Below, one piece after another: positions 20,698 through 33,070 of a stretch of 64,000 bases of DNA (positions are counted from its first letter, which is position 1; every line of letters begins with the position of its first letter). The stretch is from an uncultured Verrucomicrobiae bacterium. Its GTDB lineage: Bacteria > Verrucomicrobiota > Verrucomicrobiia > Limisphaerales > Palsa-1400. The translations under genes and the position numbers were made by a program. Below the pieces are notes generated by a model. The model did not search any database. It had not been told where the DNA came from and was given only the letters and a program-made list of their open reading frames with translations. The DNA is taken from contig CAVXRD010000002.1 of the NCBI GenBank assembly GCA_963764165.1, positions 3,424,001 through 3,488,000 on the forward strand, written 5' to 3'.

Positions 20698-21096
20698 TTA
20701 TCCAATCTTCATTCTAATGCTGCGGCTGGTGCGCGGGCGCAGGGCGGGGGCAGGTTCGTTTGCACGGGGCGGTTCGACGGCTTCGCCTGACAGCGAGAAA
20801 TCGTCAGCCTTCTGTTGAAGCAGCGCCATGGACTGCCAGTTGACTTGAACGGGTTTCGTGGAAATCGCTGTATCGGGCGAGGTCAGTTGGAGTAGAAAAA
20901 TGACAACCCACGCCGCCGCCAGCCCCAGCCATGCCTGGGGATTCGGCCAGAACCACTCGTGCCACCAGGGAACTCGCGAAGTGACCGGCTGCGCTTCTGC
21001 TTGCGCTTGCGCGGCGCGCAGGATTTCACTTCGCCATTCCGCAGGAATGGGCCGGACACTTAACCGGCCAAGACGTTTTTCAAAATCTGATTTCAT
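20698..21096 (-). CDS. Putative transmembrane anti-sigma factor
   Basis: DFEKRL..RPIPAEWRSEIL and one TM segment (AWLGLAAAWVVIFLL). ATGA overlap with the ECF sigma gene. Confidence 0.7.
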   Translation of the reverse strand: MKSDFEKRLGRLSVRPIPAEWRSEILRAAQAQAEAQPVTSRVPWWHEWFWPNPQAWLGLAAAWVVIFLLQLTSPDTAISTKPVQVNWQSMALLQQKADDFSLSGEAVEPPRANEPAPALRPRTSRSIRMKIG

Positions 21097-21605
21097 TGAA
21101 TTTCGTCATAGATGAGACGCAGACGCTCGCGCAATTTGTCTATCGCGTAGCGGTAGCGGCTGGCGGCTGTGTTGAAAGAAATGCCCAGGGTATCGCCAAT
21201 CTCCTCGAAGGTGAGCTTTTCCCAAAGTTTCAGATGCGCCACCGCCCGCTGATCTGGCGGCAATTCTCCGAGCGCCTTGGAAAGCTCTGCTGCGAATTCA
21301 GTTTCATCCGGATCCCCGGGCGGCGCAAATAGATCACAGCGGTCCTCCGCGAATGCGTCATGATTTCGCTCCCGCGACTCGCGGCGGCGCATCAGGTCGA
21401 TGGCCAGATTATGGGCTTGGCGCAGGAAGTAACCGCGTGGATTTCGGAGGTTTTCCAGAATCGAAGGCTGGCGCGCCAGTTTGACAAAGACATCCTGCAA
21501 CACGTCGCGCGCGTCGGCCTCGTTGCGCAGGAGGTTCAGCGAGAAACTGAAAATTGCCTGCGCATGCTCGTCATAGAGGCGTTCCAAATTCGGTTCGGAT
21601 GCCAT
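21093..21605 (-). CDS. ECF sigma-70 factor
   Basis: LYDEHA..DARDVLQDVFVKL..NLAIDLMRRR and LPPDQRAVAHLKLWEKLTFEEIG..NTAASRYRYAIDKLR. Confidence 0.9.
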   Translation of the reverse strand: MASEPNLERLYDEHAQAIFSFSLNLLRNEADARDVLQDVFVKLARQPSILENLRNPRGYFLRQAHNLAIDLMRRRESRERNHDAFAEDRCDLFAPPGDPDETEFAAELSKALGELPPDQRAVAHLKLWEKLTFEEIGDTLGISFNTAASRYRYAIDKLRERLRLIYDEIQ

Positions 21606-21721
21606 ATCCTGCTTCAAAGACGCGCCCCGGCAATTTAATTGTCTAGAGAAATAAGATGTTTTGGAACAGTGCGCCAGATGGGCGCGGCGGACCTCCGTTT
21701 CATTAACACCCGGCTTCAGCC

Positions 21722-23244
21722 CTTGTCATTACCCATAAGTTCAACGGGCGTTTATTAGTTCAACTCCTTCTGCCATCCACATGAGCCGCTGCCAACCACG
21801 CCAGATGTTTTGCCAGCCCGGCTCTCCGTCGCTGCGGCGGCCGATGAATCCCCCCAGCCGCGCGACGGCTCGCAATAGCTCTCGATAGGTCCAGCATCCC
21901 GGCTTGGGCGCACCAAACCGTTTCTCCAGCAGCTTGATGGCCGCCGTCCCAAATGACTTCTCCTCCACCGGTTCATCGGGCTGTGCGCGCGCCAGCAATT
22001 TGAGGTTGAGCAAACGCACGGCCACCACCGCCAGAACCGCCACTAACGACTCGATGCGATTCTGCTTCTCCATTTGACTGGCCTCCGCGCCCGCTCCGCT
22101 CTTGAGGGCTTTGTGATATTCCTCGACCCACCACCGGGCGCAGTAGCGCCCAACGATTCTTTGGATTTCCGACCAGCGCTCACAAGGCAAGGAGGTCAGC
22201 AAAACCCAATGCAGCCCCTCTACTCCCTCCGGCGGCGCTGCTTCCCGCACCTCGATCGCATGGACGGTCAAACTTTCCATTCTCTGCCCGCCCCGGTAGG
22301 GCCCCTGCAAGGTGACCTTTAAGCAACGCCCCTCGACCACCGCCGTGCGCGCCGCCCTTCCAGGTCTGGCTCGCAGTTCCACCGCCATGCGTCCGCGGAC
22401 GGATCCTTGCGCCAGCTTTTCCAAATAATGCTCGGGGCTTCCAGCCAGACGGCGGTCATGAAAGGCCCGAATGACAAAATCAACCCCCGCCATCAAGCAA
22501 CGCTGGACCGGCTCATAAAAGTCCGCTTCCCGATCGGCCAGGTAGATCCATCGGCAGTCCGCACTGCGGGCCGGGGGAATTTCCCGCAGCACGCTGGCCC
22601 ACCGGTCTGACTCGCGCTGGCGGTCCTGCGTCTGCCGCCGGGTCAGGTCCCGGTGGCGATACAATTGTTGACGGTTCCAGCACTGCTGATCCAGCAATCC
22701 GATGGCCACGCCCTCGGGCCGCTGATTCAAGTCCCAGCCTTCCACGCGCACCGCCAGAGTGGTGTGCAGAAAAAAGCCTCGCCCATCCTGGCTGGTCAGG
22801 CCCATGTCCTCGCAGCAACGCCCTGTAAAATCCAATGGGGTCGTGTCCTCCACTAGCAAATACTCTCCGGGGCGGCAGCATTCCTGGCGCACGCGCTGGC
22901 GATGGGGACTCTGGATTTGTTCAAAGCCGTTGCGCGGATCGGCGAAAAACCGATACGCGCCTTTTAAATCGGCCCACTCTGGAAAGGCCTGAGGCAGCGT
23001 GCCGCCAGGGTGGGCGGCTAGATGATCACCAATACTCACCAGGCGCTTAGAGTAGCGGGCATCGTGAAGGGGCGCACCTGCAAATTCCAGTTGCGCCCAC
23101 TGTGCGGACGGAAGCAAATGTGTATGCATAAGCTGCCACCGTACAGAAATCTACTTGACGTACAAGCCCTAAGTCGTTGTTTGCGAAGGAATTAGAAATT
23201 AGACAACCTAATACATGCTCGCTTTACTTGTGGGTAATGACAAG
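21722..23244 (-). mobile_element. IS4-family (IS50/Tn5-like) insertion sequence, 19-bp IRs, probable 10-bp TSD GGCTTCAGCC
   Basis: Ends cttgtcattacccataagt and acttgtgggtaatgacaag match 18/19 and resemble the IS50 end CTGACTCTTATACACAAGT. ggcttcagcc is at 21712-21721 and 23245-23254. The TSD could also be read as 6 or 8 bp because the target is palindromic. Confidence 0.92.
21741..23129 (-). CDS. IS4-family transposase
   Basis: WAQLEF..L.DARYSKRL, LVEDTT, LADREADFY, the YREK motif YCARWWVEEYHKALKSG and ARLGGFIGRRSDGEPGW. Confidence 0.95.
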   Translation of the reverse strand: MHTHLLPSAQWAQLEFAGAPLHDARYSKRLVSIGDHLAAHPGGTLPQAFPEWADLKGAYRFFADPRNGFEQIQSPHRQRVRQECCRPGEYLLVEDTTPLDFTGRCCEDMGLTSQDGRGFFLHTTLAVRVEGWDLNQRPEGVAIGLLDQQCWNRQQLYRHRDLTRRQTQDRQRESDRWASVLREIPPARSADCRWIYLADREADFYEPVQRCLMAGVDFVIRAFHDRRLAGSPEHYLEKLAQGSVRGRMAVELRARPGRAARTAVVEGRCLKVTLQGPYRGGQRMESLTVHAIEVREAAPPEGVEGLHWVLLTSLPCERWSEIQRIVGRYCARWWVEEYHKALKSGAGAEASQMEKQNRIESLVAVLAVVAVRLLNLKLLARAQPDEPVEEKSFGTAAIKLLEKRFGAPKPGCWTYRELLRAVARLGGFIGRRSDGEPGWQNIWRGWQRLMWMAEGVELINAR

Positions 23245-23570
23245 GGCTTCAGCCGGGTGTTCGGCCACGCCGAGGTTTCTAAACCGCTTCAGCGGTTTTC
23301 CGGCGCGCCTGTAAGCGGTCAAAACCGCTCACATCCTTTCAGTGCCCCTGGCACCCGGCTGAAGCGGGTGTTAATGAGAGGAACGAAGAATTCGCGGACC
23401 GTTTGCGCCGCCGATTAAACACACCGGAAGGCGGCAACGCACATATCCCGAAGCGCGTTCCAACTGTTCTGAATGTCCGACCTCCGGATTCGGTCAAATA
23501 TGAACCGCCGGTGGTTCAGCCGGCTTGTTTTTGGTTGGATTATTAAGCGACAACTTATTAGATTTCTTTT

Positions 23571-24983
23571 ATGGCAGAGAAAACGATGGGCCAAATCCCG
23601 CGGCCAGTGCGGGAACAGTACCAAAAGGGGATGACCGCGTTTGAACGGAAAAACTTCGAATACGCGATCGCCATTTTTACCGCAGTCTTAGCGCAGGAGC
23701 CGGGATTTTTTGAATGCCGCCAGGCTCTTCGTGTTTGCCAGCACAAACAGTCTGGCGGCGGCAGCACGTTTTTCAAAAAAATGCTGAGCGGCGCCGGTTC
23801 CCAGCCGTTGCTGGCCAAGGCACAGATGCAAAAAGACCCTTTGGAGGCCATCAAAACAGCGGAACAAGTTCTCAATTCCGACGCCAACAACACGGCCGCC
23901 CACAAGCTGCTGGCTGAAAATGCGCTTGAAGCCGATTTGCCCAAAACGGCTGTTCTGTCCCTGGAAATTGTCACCAAGAACGCGCCGAAAGACGAGGACG
24001 CGCAGAAGAAACTCGCTCGCGCTTATTCGGCAGCCGGCATGGGCGAAAAGGCCGAAGCGATCATGGCGGAATTGATGCGATTGCATCCGGGTGATTTGAA
24101 GCTGGCGGACGAATTGAAGGACATTTCGGCTCGCAAGACTTTGGCCGAAGGCGGTTATGAAGCTTTGTCCGGCGGCACCGGCTCTTACCGCGATATTTTG
24201 AAGGACAAGGAAAAGTCCGTGGCGATCGAGCAGGAAAACCGGCAGGTGAAATCCGAGGATGTCGCCCAGCGCCAAATCGACAAGCTTGAAGCCGAATTGG
24301 TGCAGACGCCGAACGATTTAAAGAAGCTGCGCACGATTGCGGAACTTTACGTGCAGCAAAAAAATTATGATCGAGCGCTGGAAACGTACCAGCGCATGAG
24401 AGCGCAGGATGCCTCCGACCCATCTCTTCTCAAGGCGATTTCCGATGCGACCCTCAAGAAGCTCGACGCGCAAATGGCGGCGCTGGATCCGCAATCTCCC
24501 AATTACGCGGCAACCAGCGCGCAGTTGCAGGCGGAGAAGGCGAATTTCATGATGGCCGAGGCGAAAGATCGCGTCGAACGCTATCCGAACGACCTGGTCA
24601 TCCGCTTCGAGTATGCCGAGCTTCTTTTCAAAGTCGGCAAGTTCTCCGAGGCGATGCCGGAGTTTCAAAAGGCCAAGAGCAATCCCAACAAACGCCTTGC
24701 GGCGATGTCGTATCTTGGGCAGTGCTTTGCCGCCCGCGGCATGAACGACATGGCGGCGCGGCAATTGCAGGAAGCCATCAAGGAAAAGCCGGTTTTTGAT
24801 GACGAGAAGAAGGAAATGGTCTACGCGCTGGCCGTCATCTACGAAAAAATGCGCAAGCAGCATCAGGCGGACGAATTATTCAAGCAGATCTACGAAATCG
24901 ACATGGGTTTTAAGGACGTCATGGCGAAAGTCGAGGAGTCCTACAATCGGCCGCCGCCGGAAGATCCGCCGCCTGCGGCGTAA
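23571..24983 (+). CDS. Tetratricopeptide repeat protein
   Basis: Multiple TPR-like helical repeats (YQKGMTAFERKNFEYAIAIF, IAELYVQQKNYDRALETYQ, YLGQCFAARGMNDMA). Confidence 0.85.
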   Translation: MAEKTMGQIPRPVREQYQKGMTAFERKNFEYAIAIFTAVLAQEPGFFECRQALRVCQHKQSGGGSTFFKKMLSGAGSQPLLAKAQMQKDPLEAIKTAEQVLNSDANNTAAHKLLAENALEADLPKTAVLSLEIVTKNAPKDEDAQKKLARAYSAAGMGEKAEAIMAELMRLHPGDLKLADELKDISARKTLAEGGYEALSGGTGSYRDILKDKEKSVAIEQENRQVKSEDVAQRQIDKLEAELVQTPNDLKKLRTIAELYVQQKNYDRALETYQRMRAQDASDPSLLKAISDATLKKLDAQMAALDPQSPNYAATSAQLQAEKANFMMAEAKDRVERYPNDLVIRFEYAELLFKVGKFSEAMPEFQKAKSNPNKRLAAMSYLGQCFAARGMNDMAARQLQEAIKEKPVFDDEKKEMVYALAVIYEKMRKQHQADELFKQIYEIDMGFKDVMAKVEESYNRPPPEDPPPAA

Positions 24984-24992
24984 TGTTATTAA

Positions 24993-25156
24993 GGCAGGGA
25001 CGCCTCGCCGAGGCGTCCGGGGAGGTGGCGTTTTGTGGGCGCATAATTCGCGCAGAGATTTGGCCAACCCGAGCGCTTTTCCTGCGGAGCTTTTAAGAAA
25101 AAGATCGCGCTCGAAAACTCCCACGGCATCGGACGCCTCGGCGAGGCGTCCCTACC
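24993..25156. repeat. Intact REPIN/MITE-like element (about 164 bp) between convergent genes
   Basis: Inverted arms ggcagggacgcctcgccgaggcgtcc and ggacgcctcggcgaggcgtccctacc. The internal spacer is recognisably homologous to 3503-3616. Confidence 0.88.
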
Positions 25157-25183
25157 GTGCAATGCGTCGCTGCGCGACGGACA

Positions 25184-26104
25184 TTATTTATCGCGCTTCA
25201 GCAAGTATTCCGCCAAGGCAGCCAGTGCGGGGGCTTTCCCTTTGAACGCTTTCAGCGCGGCGAAGGCTTTGTTCGTTAATTGCGTGGCAATCGCGCGGGA
25301 CTTTTCCATTCCCAAAATCGAAGGGTAAGTCGCTTTCTCCGCGGCTGTGTCTTTGCCCGCTGTCTTGCCCAATTGCGCGCTCGTCTGGGTGACGTCAAGA
25401 ATGTCGTCAATAATTTGAAACGCGAGGCCGACGTTGTATCCAAAATCCGTCAAGGCGCGCAGATGGCTCGGAGTGGCGTTCGCGCTCATGCCGCCAAGGC
25501 GAACCGAACAGCAGAGCAGCGCGGAAGTTTTTCGCTCGTGGATGAATTTCAGTTCGTCCGCGGAAAGTTTTTTTCCTTCGCCTTCGAGATCGGCGACCTG
25601 GCCGGCGATGAGCTGTTTCGAGCCGGAAGCTTCCGCCAATTCCGCCACGAGATCGCGATGCGAATAGCGGGGCCAGCTTTTGCTCGTGGCAATAATGGCG
25701 AAGGCTTCTGTCAACAATCCATCGCCCGCCAAAATCGCAATGCCTTCGCCAAAAACTTTGTGGTTGGTCGGTTTGCCGCGGCGCAAATCATCGTCATCCA
25801 TCGCCGGCAAATCGTCGTGGATAAGCGAGTAAGTGTGAATGCACTCAACTGCGCAGGCGAGAGGCAGGGCGTCAGCGATTTTTCCCCCGCAAGCCTCGGC
25901 GGCCGCCAGGCAAAGCGCGGGACGCAGGCGCTTTCCACCGGCGAAAATCGAATAGCGCATAGCCTTGTGAATGGTGGCAGGCTTGAGTTTTTCCGGCGGC
26001 AGAAAATGGTCGAGCGCGCGATCCACCGCCGCGGTGCGGTCGGCCAGATAGGCGCTCAGGTCGAAAGGTTTGGCGATTGGCTTCGTCCCGTTGTTTTTTC
26101 CCAT
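25184..26104 (-). CDS. ispA: Farnesyl/geranylgeranyl diphosphate synthase
   Basis: GGKRLRP, YSLIHDDLPAMDDDDLRRGKPT and FQIIDDILDV..GKTAGKD...KATYP. Confidence 0.93.
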   Translation of the reverse strand: MGKNNGTKPIAKPFDLSAYLADRTAAVDRALDHFLPPEKLKPATIHKAMRYSIFAGGKRLRPALCLAAAEACGGKIADALPLACAVECIHTYSLIHDDLPAMDDDDLRRGKPTNHKVFGEGIAILAGDGLLTEAFAIIATSKSWPRYSHRDLVAELAEASGSKQLIAGQVADLEGEGKKLSADELKFIHERKTSALLCCSVRLGGMSANATPSHLRALTDFGYNVGLAFQIIDDILDVTQTSAQLGKTAGKDTAAEKATYPSILGMEKSRAIATQLTNKAFAALKAFKGKAPALAALAEYLLKRDK

Positions 26105-26105
26105 A

Positions 26106-28307
<2,202 letters not shown>

Positions 28308-28322
28308 AATCTGAACTGTAAC

Positions 28323-28541
28323 TCAGCTATGACGGAATGTAATGCGAGCTTTGCCTAAATCGTATGGGGACATTTCCACGTTGACCTTGTCGCCCACACT
28401 TATGCGAATGAAGTTTTTACGCATCTTGCCCGAGATATGGGCAAGCACTTCATGACCGTTCGGCAGAGCCACTCGAAACATTGTGCCCGGGAGCACTTGG
28501 GTGACAGTACCTTCCAATTCAATAGGCTCTTCTTTCGGCAC
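28323..28541 (-). CDS. infA: Translation initiation factor IF-1
   Basis: [59 protein letters not shown]. Confidence 0.97.
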   Translation of the reverse strand: MPKEEPIELEGTVTQVLPGTMFRVALPNGHEVLAHISGKMRKNFIRISVGDKVNVEMSPYDLGKARITFRHS

Positions 28542-28561
28542 AGGACTGCTTTCTCTTCGGG

Positions 28562-30469
28562 TTAGGCGGTGGGTGTAACTGGCACCTCCTCGGCGGCAAC
28601 CGGCTCGGCTGGCGGCGCCGCTTGGGTGGCGACGGGCGCGACCAGCGAGTTCACCGGGTATGCGACGATGGAATCAATGCGATAACGCTTCCGGGCATTC
28701 TCGGTGGCAACTTCGACTTCTTCCTGAACCTTGCGATTGAGAATCGACTGGGCCACGGGTGTCAAATAACTGATAATGCCCTTGTCGGGATCCGAATCCC
28801 AGGCGCCGGCGATGATGAAGTGCTCCGGGCCTTGCGTCTCAAGATCGGTCAGCTTCACTTCCGTGCCAATGCTCACCACGTCGACGCGCGGATTGGAAAA
28901 GTCCGTGCCGCGGGCGCGCAAAATCTGGGCTTCCAGCTCGCTCTTGCGGCGCATCAAAATTTTCTGCATTTCCTTGGCCGCTTTATATTCGTGGTTCTCG
29001 CGCAAATCGCCGTAGCTGCGGGCGATCGCGATTTCCTTGGAATTCGCCGGGATGGATTTCTGCACCAGCTCGGCGTATTCGTTTTTGCGCCGCTCCAAAC
29101 TGTCCCACGAAACGAGGAAGGTGACGTCCTGATTGGTCTTTTCCCCGGAGATCATGGACTGCATGGCCGGATACGTCTTGACGATGCGGGCCAGCAGCGA
29201 GCGCTTGTCCATGTCGTCGAAGCACGGTGACAATTGCAGGGCGCGGGTCAAATCCTTGATGATCTCCAAGTCCGCCGAGCCGATCAATTCCACCAGCAGC
29301 GAAGGATCGTCGATGATGAAGTCGCGAAGCTTATTGGAGCGTTTCTCGTTGAACTGGTCGCGTTCCATCGCTGTCAGCATGGCGCGGAATACTTCCGGCC
29401 CAAGAATATCGGCGTAGGAATCGGAGCGCTCACGGGCGAGCCACAGGAGCAATTCGCTGCTCGCCTGATGCTGGCTGATGAGGCGGGCCAGAAGGTCTTT
29501 GAGCGAATCGGGCTTCCCTCCGGTAATAAGCGCGTGCGCCACTTCCCCGGCCAACTTGGCGGAGACGTGGTTGAGCGACGAAAGCAAGGCGTCAGCCCAA
29601 TGCGCGGGATTGTTTTCCTTAAACGATTGCAGCGCCCGCCGGTGCTTGGCGGCCGGCATGAGTTCCAGCACGGCGCCGATGTGCGACATCTCCTGATACC
29701 AGACCGCCTGCGCCAGGATTTCGGTTTCGCCCGGTTTTGTTCCGGCGGCTTCGTGCAATTCGTCGCGGATAAAAATGGCTTCCAGCGCGATGGACGGCTG
29801 GGTGCGTTGATGCGTCGCAATTTCCGCATTGAGCGCGGTGATGGCTTCCTTGGCCATGGCCGCGCCATTCGTCAAATCAGCGTAATTGCGGAGAAGCTCC
29901 TGCGCGACGGCGGTGCGGGCCTTCAGGCCTTTGGCGGCCCGGAATTCGCCCATCAGCCGGTCCTGCATCGAAACTTCCTTCACCTGGTAAATGATCGGAT
30001 CGGACTTCTTGGCAGGGACATTGAAGTGGCCGTCCTTTTTGAGTTCGCGCTTGGCGCCTTCCCACCATTTCTTCCAGTCGTCTTTGATGACATCCGGCAC
30101 CAGAACATGCTGGATTTGATCAATGGTGGCGCGATTGCCAAAGCTCTGCAGCACCAGTTTGATCAAATCCAAATGATGCAATGCCGCCATCTGGCGCAAA
30201 TTCTCGATATCCGATACTTTGCGGGCGTAAATGTGGTCTTTGGAAATCGGTTTGAGCGATTCCGCCGCGAACGTCAGATCCATCGTGTGTCCCGCTTTGC
30301 CGGTGAAATCGATCACGCAACGGCTGAAAACGGGGTCAATCGACATGATCTTACCAAAGCCCCAGCTGCGATGGTAACAATACCCATTGTCGTTCAAGGC
30401 CACCAGCGCCTCGACGTGTTGTCTCGTCAGTTTGCCGGTTGCCGCAAGTTTTTCTAATTCTTCTTTCAT
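28562..30469 (-). CDS. greA: Long-form transcription elongation factor GreA (N-terminal extension)
   Basis: C-terminal [28 protein letters not shown] and [12 protein letters not shown], preceded by about 450 aa of helical extension. Confidence 0.85.
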   Translation of the reverse strand: MKEELEKLAATGKLTRQHVEALVALNDNGYCYHRSWGFGKIMSIDPVFSRCVIDFTGKAGHTMDLTFAAESLKPISKDHIYARKVSDIENLRQMAALHHLDLIKLVLQSFGNRATIDQIQHVLVPDVIKDDWKKWWEGAKRELKKDGHFNVPAKKSDPIIYQVKEVSMQDRLMGEFRAAKGLKARTAVAQELLRNYADLTNGAAMAKEAITALNAEIATHQRTQPSIALEAIFIRDELHEAAGTKPGETEILAQAVWYQEMSHIGAVLELMPAAKHRRALQSFKENNPAHWADALLSSLNHVSAKLAGEVAHALITGGKPDSLKDLLARLISQHQASSELLLWLARERSDSYADILGPEVFRAMLTAMERDQFNEKRSNKLRDFIIDDPSLLVELIGSADLEIIKDLTRALQLSPCFDDMDKRSLLARIVKTYPAMQSMISGEKTNQDVTFLVSWDSLERRKNEYAELVQKSIPANSKEIAIARSYGDLRENHEYKAAKEMQKILMRRKSELEAQILRARGTDFSNPRVDVVSIGTEVKLTDLETQGPEHFIIAGAWDSDPDKGIISYLTPVAQSILNRKVQEEVEVATENARKRYRIDSIVAYPVNSLVAPVATQAAPPAEPVAAEEVPVTPTA

Positions 30470-30515
30470 CGCTAAATTCTCCGCGTCCCACTAGTTTCCC
30501 TTCCAATATAAATCT

Positions 30516-31790
30516 GTGACGAATCAGAAACCAAGACAAATTGCGGTGCGTATTTTGCGCCAGCGCCAGAACTCTGGGGATTTTGTGGAAAAGCTGCTGG
30601 AGCTGGAGCTGGCCACCCAAGCGCTTTCCGGCCCCGACCGCGCCCTCTGCCAGGAATTGGTCTACGGCATGGTGCGCTGGCAGGGAACTCTCGACTGGCT
30701 GGTGGCGCGGAAAACGGCGGGGCGCGAGCAAGCTGCCGCGCTGCGAGCGCTGCTGCACCTCGGCTTGTATCAAATTTTCTGGCTGGAACGGATTCCCGAC
30801 CACGCGGCGGTGCATGAGACGGTGGAATTGGCCAAGGAACTGGGCTTTGGCCAGCGGGCGGGATTCTTGAATGCGGTGTTGCGCGGCTACATTCGCGAAC
30901 GCGACCAAACGCGCGGGTTGCTGGAGTCGTTGAAGGAAACGGACCCAGCCGTTGGTTTCTCGCACCCGGCCTGGCTGGTCGAGCGTTGGCAAGCCCGCTG
31001 GGGCAAGGACAAGACGGCTCTTCTGCTGGCGTGGGACAACAGTCCGCCGCCAACCTATGCGCGGCTGAACGAATTGAAAACCGACGGCGCCCGCCTGCCG
31101 ATCCGATGGGCGGGGGAAGGCGTGTCGTTTGAGGAGCGTCGATTCGATTGGGCGCCAGCGCGTTCTGTTTTCGAAATGTCGAAGCACCCGCCGCTGACGA
31201 CGATGGGAAGTTTTCAGGACGGCTGGTTTTACATTCAGGACCCGAGCACGCTCCTTTCGACCCGGCAGGTCGATCCGCAACCCGGCGAGACGATTCTCGA
31301 TATGTGCGCCGCACCCGGCGGCAAAACAACGGACATGGCCGCGCGCATGGGCAACCGCGGGCTCATCGTTGCGGAGGACGTCCAGCCGGCGCGATTGAAA
31401 TTGCTCGAGGACAATTGCCGCCGCCTCGGAGCGACCTGTGTTGAACTCAAATCGGAGGCGAAACTTTACGACCGCATTCTCGTTGACGCTCCCTGCTCCA
31501 ACACTGGCGTCTTGCGGCGGCGCGTTGATGTGCGCTGGCGTGTCCAACCGACGGAACTTTCGCGCCTCAGCGCCACGCAGTCGGCGCTGTTGGGCCGCGC
31601 CGTTGGAGAATTGAAGCCGCGTGGCACGCTGGTTTATAGCACGTGCAGTCTCGAGGAGGATGAAAACGAAAATGTCATTAAACAATTCTTGACGGAGCAT
31701 CCCGATTTCCATTTGGAGAACGAGCGCCAGTTGCTTCCCTTCGTCGATGGCGTGGATGGGGCCTACGTTGCGACGATGCGCCGCAAGTAG
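30516..31790 (+). CDS. rsmB: 16S rRNA m5C967 methyltransferase
   Basis: NusB-like N-terminus, SHPAWLV, LDMCAAPGGKT, ILVDAPCSNTG and VYSTCS. Confidence 0.93.
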   Translation: MTNQKPRQIAVRILRQRQNSGDFVEKLLELELATQALSGPDRALCQELVYGMVRWQGTLDWLVARKTAGREQAAALRALLHLGLYQIFWLERIPDHAAVHETVELAKELGFGQRAGFLNAVLRGYIRERDQTRGLLESLKETDPAVGFSHPAWLVERWQARWGKDKTALLLAWDNSPPPTYARLNELKTDGARLPIRWAGEGVSFEERRFDWAPARSVFEMSKHPPLTTMGSFQDGWFYIQDPSTLLSTRQVDPQPGETILDMCAAPGGKTTDMAARMGNRGLIVAEDVQPARLKLLEDNCRRLGATCVELKSEAKLYDRILVDAPCSNTGVLRRRVDVRWRVQPTELSRLSATQSALLGRAVGELKPRGTLVYSTCSLEEDENENVIKQFLTEHPDFHLENERQLLPFVDGVDGAYVATMRRK

Positions 31791-31816
31791 GTTGCGCTTC
31801 CAGCATTAGCAAACCG

Positions 31817-31943
31817 CGGTAGGGCGAGGCTCCTGCCGAGCCGCTCCCATGACTCCCATGATTCCCATTCCTCTCATAAAAATGGGACTGATGGGAGAAA
31901 TGGGAATAATGGGAAACGGCTCGGCAGGAGCCTCGCCCTACCG
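31817..31943. repeat. GTAG-type REP doublet enclosing a 9-nt-period inverted repeat
   Basis: Perfect 27-bp IR cggtagggcgaggctcctgccgagccg. Inside are TCCCAT at 31845/31854/31863 and ATGGGA at 31882/31891/31900/31909. Confidence 0.9.
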
Positions 31944-31957
31944 AGAGTCAATAATAA

Positions 31958-33070
31958 TTACAACGTCCTGCGGAACAGCAACGTCGCCGCAGTGATCGAC
32001 ACCAGCGTAAACAGCCCGAGGTAAACAATGTCGCCGCCGATGGAAAGCAGGCTGCTGTTTTTCAAAATCAATTGCTTGAATCCGTGAACCGCGTAAGTGA
32101 ACGGGTCAATCGTGGTGATGACTTTCATCCAAGCAGGGAAGGCCTGGATCGGATACACTGCGCCGCTGGGGAAAAACAGCACGGTGTTCAAGACGCCGAA
32201 AATCGCGCGCGGCACCAGCGGATCGCTCACCCGCACCATCAGCAGGAACATCAAGCTGATCAGCGCCATCGACGTCACGACGACCAGCGCCATCATGCGC
32301 AAGAGGCGCAGCGGGTTCAACGGATCGGGAATTCCGGCGATGACGGAACCCAAAGTGACCAGCACAAAGCCCGTGAGAATTGCTTTGACAGCACCCGCCA
32401 GATTGAAGCCGAGGATGAGTTCCAATTTGCGAATCGGCGTCACGAGATAGCCCTCATGCAATCCGCGGGCCTTGTCATCAATAAAAATAATGCCACCGCC
32501 GATCATCGCCGAGACAAAGATCGCCAGCACGATGGTTCCTGGCAGCAAATATTGGATGTAAGGAACATAAGGATACACTTCCACCACCGACAGCGTGGCA
32601 TTCGGGCTGAGCCTCTGGTCGATGCCTTTGTCATTGTAGGGAACTAGCATTTGCGTCAATGCGCCTTCCAGTGCGGAAGCGGCAAACTGATCCGTGTTAT
32701 CTTCCACCAGCGCGATTTTCGGGTTCGTGCCAGAAAGAACTTTGCGCGAAAAATCCGGCGGAATGTTCAGCAGCCCGCTGATCTTGCCGACCTTCAAGTC
32801 GTGCAGCGCAGTGGCCTGATCGTTGTAATACGTGCTCTGGAAAGTCTGCGCGTTGGCGGCCACGGCCTGCGCCATCTCGCGAACTTTAATGGCGGGCATG
32901 CCGCGATCCTGGTCGAGGATGCCGACCTGCAAATTCTTCACCTTTCCGCCGAAGGCATAACCGAGCACGATCAATTGCACGAGCGGCATGACCATCGAGA
33001 CAATAATAAGCGTTGGACTGCGGCGAAATCGCCGCAGATCGCGCTCGATGATGGCCCAAATGCGGTTCAT
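31958..33070 (-). CDS. ABC-2 type transporter permease
   Basis: N-terminal TM, extracytoplasmic domain and 5 C-terminal TMs; YIQYLLPG, EGYLVTP and SGAVYPIQAFPAW. Confidence 0.9.
   Translation of the reverse strand: MNRIWAIIERDLRRFRRSPTLIIVSMVMPLVQLIVLGYAFGGKVKNLQVGILDQDRGMPAIKVREMAQAVAANAQTFQSTYYNDQATALHDLKVGKISGLLNIPPDFSRKVLSGTNPKIALVEDNTDQFAASALEGALTQMLVPYNDKGIDQRLSPNATLSVVEVYPYVPYIQYLLPGTIVLAIFVSAMIGGGIIFIDDKARGLHEGYLVTPIRKLELILGFNLAGAVKAILTGFVLVTLGSVIAGIPDPLNPLRLLRMMALVVVTSMALISLMFLLMVRVSDPLVPRAIFGVLNTVLFFPSGAVYPIQAFPAWMKVITTIDPFTYAVHGFKQLILKNSSLLSIGGDIVYLGLFTLVSITAATLLFRRTL

Larger units (their letters stand above)
21700..23377. repeat. MITE/REP-like four-hairpin element interrupted by the IS4-family element
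   Basis: Removing the IS and one TSD copy restores tcattaacacccggcttcagccgggtg ... cacccggctgaagcgggtgttaatga, with inner hairpins at about 23281 and 23314. Confidence 0.8.

Noticed and set aside
28562..30469. Unusually long GreA
   Set aside because: N-terminally extended GreA is already known from Chlamydiae and related lineages.
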